From assembly GCA_051439505.1 (NCBI GenBank), contig JBFRWI010000204.1:1-11157 (forward strand): 11,157 nt of DNA, in the 5' to 3' direction. How positions within the stretch are numbered: position 1 is the stretch's first letter; each line of letters begins with the position of its first letter. Under the pieces are notes generated by a model. The model searched no databases and was not told where the DNA came from. It saw only the letters and a program-made list of their open reading frames with translations. Source of the stretch: Hormoscilla sp. GTDB lineage: Bacteria; Cyanobacteriota; Cyanobacteriia; Cyanobacteriales; Desertifilaceae. Positions 6,835 through 11,157 of this stretch are shown here, piece by piece. A program made the position numbers and the translations under genes.

Positions 6835-8298
6835 TTAAAAGCTACCGAAGCCTTTGTTCTTCTTGCTCTTTTTCTTTTTCTTCTTGGGAGTCCCGCCGCT
6901 GTAGCCCCGCCATCCCTGCTGGGGCCGTCCCCCCATTCCACCTCCAGCCATTCCGGGCATTCCGGGCATTCCGGGCATTCCGGGCATTCCGGGCATTCCC
7001 CCTCCCATGGTCATTTGCTGCATCATCGATCGCATGCGTTGGAACTCGCTGACTAGCTTACTCACATCTGATTCAGAATGACCGGAACCAGAGGCGATCC
7101 GGCGTCTGCGCCCTGGAGAACTGGATAATAATTGTGGGTTGCGACGTTCTTCTTTGGTCATGGAGTTGATCATCGCCTCCACCTGTTTCAACCGCACTTC
7201 TCCCTGTTCCAGTTGATCGCCGGTCAGCTTATTCATGCCGGGGATCAGCTTCATCACATTGCCGAAGGAACCCATATTCTTCAGCAGGCGCATCTGCTTG
7301 AGGAAGTCTGTAAAGTCAAACTTGGCCTCCAGAATCTTCTCCTGCATCTGCTGGGCATCTGCCAAGTCTACTTCTTCTTGGGCCTTTTCCACCAGGGTGA
7401 GCACGTCCCCCATGCCCAAGATCCGGGAGGCCATGCGATCGGGATAGAATGGCTGTAGCGCCTCCACCTTTTCCCCCACACCGACAAACTTGATCGGCTG
7501 ACCGGAGATCCTGCGCACTGACAAAGCCGCACCACCGCGACTATCTCCATCCATTTTGGTCAAAATCGCCCCAGTAATGCCAATCTGTTCGTGGAAAGTC
7601 CGGGTCAGATTTGCCGCTTCTTGCCCCGTCATGGCATCTACCACTAACAGGGTTTCGTCGGGCTTGACATTTTTCTTGATTTGTGCTAATTCCCCCATCA
7701 TCTTTTCGTCGATCTGGAGGCGTCCGGCGGTGTCGATAATTACCGTATCGATGCCCTCTGCTTGGGCCCGTGCCACCCCTTGACTAGCTATTTCTACCGG
7801 GTCGGCGTCCGAGCCCATTTCAAACACTGGCACATCTATTTGCTTTCCCAGGGTCATCAGTTGGTCGATCGCCGCTGGACGATAGACATCTGTTGCCACC
7901 AGCATACAGCTGCGATCGGACTTGCGCAGGTGCAAAGCCAACTTCGCCGAGGCCGTAGTTTTCCCCGTGCCTTGCAAACCGGCCATGAGTATAATTGTGG
8001 GAGGGCTATCAGCTCTAGCGAGGGGAGCATTAGTTTCTCCCATCACTGCTACGAGTTCGTCGTAGACAACTTTGATAAACTGCTGGTCCGGGCTCACGCC
8101 AGCGATAACTTCCGCCCCCTGGGCTTTAGTTTCGACTTCGGCGATAAAATCTTTAACCACTTGCAGGTTAACATCCGCTTCCAGCAGGGCGCGACGGACT
8201 TCTCGCAAAGCCTCTTTAATATTGGTCGCAGATATTTTGTCTTGTCCCCGGAGTTTTTTCCAGGCATCTTCTAGGCGATCGGCCAGGGCGTCAAACAT
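6835..8298 (-). CDS. ffh: Signal recognition particle protein Ffh (SRP54)
   Basis: REVRRALLEADV, GLQGTGKTT, DTAGR, TKMDGDSRGG, RILGMGD and a Met-rich M domain. Confidence 0.99.
   Translation of the reverse strand: MFDALADRLEDAWKKLRGQDKISATNIKEALREVRRALLEADVNLQVVKDFIAEVETKAQGAEVIAGVSPDQQFIKVVYDELVAVMGETNAPLARADSPPTIILMAGLQGTGKTTASAKLALHLRKSDRSCMLVATDVYRPAAIDQLMTLGKQIDVPVFEMGSDADPVEIASQGVARAQAEGIDTVIIDTAGRLQIDEKMMGELAQIKKNVKPDETLLVVDAMTGQEAANLTRTFHEQIGITGAILTKMDGDSRGGAALSVRRISGQPIKFVGVGEKVEALQPFYPDRMASRILGMGDVLTLVEKAQEEVDLADAQQMQEKILEAKFDFTDFLKQMRLLKNMGSFGNVMKLIPGMNKLTGDQLEQGEVRLKQVEAMINSMTKEERRNPQLLSSSPGRRRRIASGSGHSESDVSKLVSEFQRMRSMMQQMTMGGGMPGMPGMPGMPGMPGMAGGGMGGRPQQGWRGYSGGTPKKKKKKSKKNKGFGSF
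6949..6999 (-). repeat. In-frame 9-bp tandem repeat encoding (GMP)n in the Ffh tail
   Basis: CATTCCGGG x5 perfect copies plus a partial CATTCC. Confidence 0.95.
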
Positions 8299-8361
8299 AA
8301 TCGGATATGGCGTACTATTCTTTTAATGTTACCACAATGCAGTCTTTAAGCTTTGCCTGTA

Positions 8362-8955
8362 CTAATCCCACCAAGCTCTGACGTAATATGGATCCAGGTC
8401 AATTTCGTCTGGATCGCCGACAAATTCCTGGAACTCCACAATCAACTGATGGGGGCAACTGCCATTAAATAGAATACCATCAATGCTGACCCGATAATCT
8501 TCACGGTCTGGACTTACTGCGTAACCCTCAAATTTGAAAGCAAACCCCGAGTTAGCTTGTTGCTGGCCGAATTCCAGAAATTCCCTAATTGTGGGAGAGT
8601 TATTATGTCCTGCTTCGGGATCTGCAAATCTTTGGTCTATCAACTGTTGCAATTTTTCCAGACTCAAAGAAGAGAAATTCTTGACTCCACCGTAGGTTTC
8701 TCCCCATTGAACCGGACCCCCAAATATCATCCGGTCTCTGGTGTCACTATCGGTATTGTAGATAAAATCCCGTCTGATGCCTGCTGGCGGATGGTTCCTC
8801 TGGCTTCTACGATGGTAAGGTCGAGCATTGATTTGCAGTTCTTCGGGTTTTACTCCTTGATTGAGGTAATAAAGCCTAATCGCCTCCACCCTGTTGAGGG
8901 GGGAATTTTCTAAGCATTCGTCCAAGTTGGGGCAGTTATATATTATCCCCGTCAT
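8362..8955 (-). CDS. Hypothetical protein ending in WWD
   Basis: ORF of about 197 aa filling the space upstream of ffh, with a globular-looking composition. Start is ATG 8955, 8976 or 8988. No family name recognised. Confidence 0.7.
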   Translation of the reverse strand: MTGIIYNCPNLDECLENSPLNRVEAIRLYYLNQGVKPEELQINARPYHRRSQRNHPPAGIRRDFIYNTDSDTRDRMIFGGPVQWGETYGGVKNFSSLSLEKLQQLIDQRFADPEAGHNNSPTIREFLEFGQQQANSGFAFKFEGYAVSPDREDYRVSIDGILFNGSCPHQLIVEFQEFVGDPDEIDLDPYYVRAWWD

Positions 8956-9204
8956 GGATTTACAGTCAAGTTGCATGGGACAGAACATGGGATTGGATGT
9001 TGATGATTTGTCTAATCAAGCTGGAGACAGGTCATTTCATCGTTCTGGTGGTCAGGCCGCTAGACCCGTTTTCTGGCCCGCAGCAGGTCTGTCTCTATAT
9101 TTCATTATATAGGATCTTGTGCTGCGGTGACTATCTCCTCTCTTTATTTGCTGCTAGCACCGGTGATGCATCCGATCGGGCTGGGCTCGGGTTTGGTCGT
9201 GGTA

Positions 9205-9261
9205 TGGTATAATGCCCTGACTCTTGGCAGGATCTAGATTGTGACAGATCTTTGGTATGAT
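9205..9261 (+). promoter_or_regulatory. Candidate extended -10 elements for the DUF4090 gene
   Basis: TGGTATAAT at 9205-9213 and TGGTATGAT at 9253-9261, upstream of ATG 9291. Motif match only. Confidence 0.4.
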
Positions 9262-9290
9262 ACTAGGGTAAACAACTACGGATATAAAGG

Positions 9291-9590
9291 ATGTCTTCGG
9301 AAACAACTTCACCCAGCAGCTTGGGCGCAGATGCAGTCGATGAGGCGATCGCCCAAGGACTGGACCTGGACGGTTCGGCCATTCCCCCTGCTAAACTGGA
9401 ACTGTATAATAAAGTGATGGCCTTTGAGGCGGGCAGGCAGCGCAGCGGCGTTTCCAATACCATGCGATCGCGCATTGTCCGCATTGGGGCGAAGCACATC
9501 GGGCAAGCGGAACTAAATCAAATGCTTCTGGACGCCGACTTTGCGCCCCTGAAAGACAAGGAAATTGCTTTCTACTATGGCGGCAAGTAG
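9291..9590 (+). CDS. DUF4090 family protein (Ssr1528-like; the Synechocystis homolog is described as NsiR4-regulated)
   Basis: GADAVDEAIAQGLDLDGSAIP...LYNKVM..EAGRQRSGVSNTMRSRIVRIGAKH...LKDKEIAFYY, recognised as a cyanobacteria-specific family. Confidence 0.85.
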   Translation: MSSETTSPSSLGADAVDEAIAQGLDLDGSAIPPAKLELYNKVMAFEAGRQRSGVSNTMRSRIVRIGAKHIGQAELNQMLLDADFAPLKDKEIAFYYGGK

Positions 9591-9594
9591 CATA

Positions 9595-9670
9595 GAGAAT
9601 TGAGAATGGAAAATTGAGAATGGAGAATTGTTGATGTTTTCTGCATGTCAATTCGCAATTTTCCATTTTC
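9595..9670. repeat. Heptamer short tandem repeats (STRR-like) in two inverted blocks
   Basis: GAGAATT-GAGAATG-GAAAATT-GAGAATG-GAGAATT (9595-9629) and the complementary CAATTCG-CAATTTT-CCATTTT-C (9649-9670). Confidence 0.8.
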
Positions 9671-9990
9671 AGGACTTTAGCGAGATAAGGTAAAAGAGAT
9701 GGCACGAAAGGTTGGCATCGGAGGGCTATACTACATAACTCAGTTTGGCAATGTTGTTTCCATTTTTTTATTTAAAATTTTTCTCATGCTTTGGTTGAGA
9801 AAGAAAAGCTGTCATATCAAAAAATATATAATATTGAAATTGTCAATGTCGTGCTACCAAAATTGTCGAGAGTGAAAAAAATTAGGGGATTTTGCCAATT
9901 TTTATTTCCAACCTCGCAATGCCATGCTAGAGTTTTTGCGATCTAAGTAGAGGAAACAAAACCAGCGATGTCGCAAACAACATCTTGCCA

Positions 9991-10019
9991 GTTGGGTTTC
10001 GTTCCTCAACCCAACCTAC
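9991..10019 (-). repeat. GTAG-type REP element
   Basis: Minus strand reads GTAG-GTTGGGTT-GAGGAACGA-AACCCAAC (8-bp stem); a degenerate inverted partner lies at about 9947-9966. Confidence 0.8.
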
Positions 10020-10060
10020 GGGCGATCTCCAGAGTTTTTGCTATAGCCCAGAAACCCCCA

Positions 10061-10091
10061 GAAACCCGGTTTTTTGGAAAAACCGGGTTTC
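10061..10091. repeat. GAAACCCGGTTT-type palindromic repeat
   Basis: Perfect 14-bp arms at 10061-10074 and 10078-10091 with a 3-nt loop. Confidence 0.85.
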
Positions 10092-10323
10092 AATACTTCT
10101 CGGTTAAGCGTCTTATTTGTCATTGCGAGGGGGGGTTACGTAGCGATTAACTTACGCTCAACTGAGTTAATCCCCCCCGAAGCAATCTCACCGACGACGC
10201 AGAAGGGCTATTCATCGAATACTCGACGGGGGGATTGCTTCGGGGGGATTGCTTCGAGGATCGACAAATAGTTTCTCAGAGTTGCCCCCCTCGCAATGAC
10301 AAGTTGTTAACCGAGAAGTATTG
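10091..10323. mobile_element. MITE, 233 bp, with 17-bp TIRs and a 10-bp target-site duplication (IS4-family-like)
   Basis: TIR CAATACTTCTCGGTTAA (10091-10107) and TTAACCGAGAAGTATTG (10307-10323), flanked by the direct repeat AACCGGGTTT at 10081-10090 and 10324-10333; no transposase. Confidence 0.9.
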
Positions 10324-10344
10324 AACCGGGTTTCTTCATTCTCA

Positions 10345-10911
10345 TTATGCCGATCGCCAGTATTGAGTTCCCCACTGACGCTGTTGCAGTTTATGCATGT
10401 GATGGAACAATTTCCAGCAATATTCCTCGGAGAGTCCGCAGGTAACGGCACCCCGCATCACTACATTGAAATACCAGTCGTTGGGGGCCAGTTCTGCTGG
10501 CAGTTTGTCTACTACGACATAGGTCCGCACATCTTTATATACCTGGCCGCCGCATTCTACTGCGATCGCTTCCCGCCGATAGCCGTTCTCGGGAATTTCT
10601 TCTCTTTCGTCCAGGCGCGAACTCAGTCGCCAGGGCAGCTGATAAAGCACGCCTTCCACATGGGAAGAGGGGTCTGGTACGACATCGAGGGCACCACATT
10701 GGCGACGAATTAAATTGCGACTAAAGCGCAGTCGATAGCCTGACAGTTTTGCTGGACCAATTACAAACTGTTGGGTATTTTCTGAGAAGGTGCGCTTCAA
10801 GTCTACTGGGCACATACAGGAACCATAGGCAAAGTAGTAGAATGTTGGCTCACTCGTAAATTCGGCTACTTTTCCTCCTGCATCCGGCAGTTGTTGGGTA
10901 TGAATACTCAT
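10345..10911 (-). CDS. Gamma-glutamylcyclotransferase family protein
   Basis: YYFAYGSCM, AKLSGYRLRF, VEGVLYQL, LDEREE and GYRRE motifs. Confidence 0.9.
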   Translation of the reverse strand: MSIHTQQLPDAGGKVAEFTSEPTFYYFAYGSCMCPVDLKRTFSENTQQFVIGPAKLSGYRLRFSRNLIRRQCGALDVVPDPSSHVEGVLYQLPWRLSSRLDEREEIPENGYRREAIAVECGGQVYKDVRTYVVVDKLPAELAPNDWYFNVVMRGAVTCGLSEEYCWKLFHHMHKLQQRQWGTQYWRSA

Positions 10912-11045
10912 GAAGTTCTCTCCGTGCTAACTTGCATCTTTTCAGAGTATTACTGACGATCGGGGAATAACCGTATCCTAATAGACAAAGCGGCTAACTT
11001 AACAAAAATTTCCGGTTTGTCGTTATCTGACTGCGCTGTCACCCC

Positions 11046-11096
11046 GCCGGGGGTTCAAACCCCCGGCTAATAGCTAAAGTCGGTTGAAAACCGACT
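11046..11096. repeat. Double-hairpin dispersed repeat
   Basis: GCCGGGGGTT-CA-AACCCCCGGC (11046-11067), then AGTCGGTT-GAA-AACCGACT (11078-11096); the second half is shared with 3466-3488. Confidence 0.8.
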
Positions 11097-11157
11097 GAAA
11101 ATATTATCTTTTTACCCTCGATCTTGAGGCGATCGCCTCTTAACAAGGGGAAAACTC

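Larger units (their letters stand above)
1763..11136. repeat. Dispersed HIP1 octamers (GCGATCGC)
   Basis: Perfect copies seen at 1763, 2971, 3087, 3293, 4930, 5800, 5937, 9345, 9464, 10562 and 11129; fewer than one would be expected by chance in 11 kb. Confidence 0.92.

Noticed and set aside
6723..7056. ORFs with FRAFRAFRA and HSGHSGHSG repeats
   Set aside because: These are antisense readings of the ffh 9-bp repeat and the REP region.
7132..8326. Plus-strand ORFs of up to 170 aa opposite ffh (similar ones occur opposite pabB, phoH and GGCT)
   Set aside because: They are antisense to well-supported genes and have no recognisable motifs.
9968..10451. Short ORFs spanning the MITE and repeat region
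   Set aside because: They are translations of palindromic repeats with no transposase motifs.
10944..10986. Possible NtcA-type promoter for the GGCT gene (minus strand GTC-N8-TAC, 23 nt, TACTCT)
   Set aside because: It mismatches GTA-N8-TAC and has a weak -10; easily produced by chance.
11126..11139. 14-bp perfect palindrome GAGGCGATCGCCTC
   Set aside because: It is HIP1 extended by three base pairs at the window edge; no evidence that it is an operator.

Overview
Cyanobacterial chromosomal DNA (at least 11 perfect HIP1 GCGATCGC octamers; the repeat types suggest a filamentous, Oscillatoriales-like strain). Most genes run on the minus strand in this order: an uncharacterised WWD-terminated protein, the conserved ffh-rpsP-khpA-phoH cluster, a DUF433/DUF5615 (VapBC45-like) toxin-antitoxin pair, a PD-(D/E)XK-like protein whose catalytic acidic residues look replaced, a PabB-PabC fusion, and a large MscS channel that runs off the window and is missing from the ORF track. 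To the right are a DUF4090 (Ssr1528-like) gene (+) and a convergent gamma-glutamylcyclotransferase gene (-). The gap between them holds heptamer repeats, a GTAG-type REP, a palindromic repeat and a 233-bp MITE with 17-bp TIRs and a 10-bp target duplication. I cannot demonstrate a wholly new system. The best leads are the nested MITE and the chimeric antitoxin/PIN toxin/pseudo-nuclease cassette attached to the phoH operon. All family assignments come from motif recognition, not database searches.
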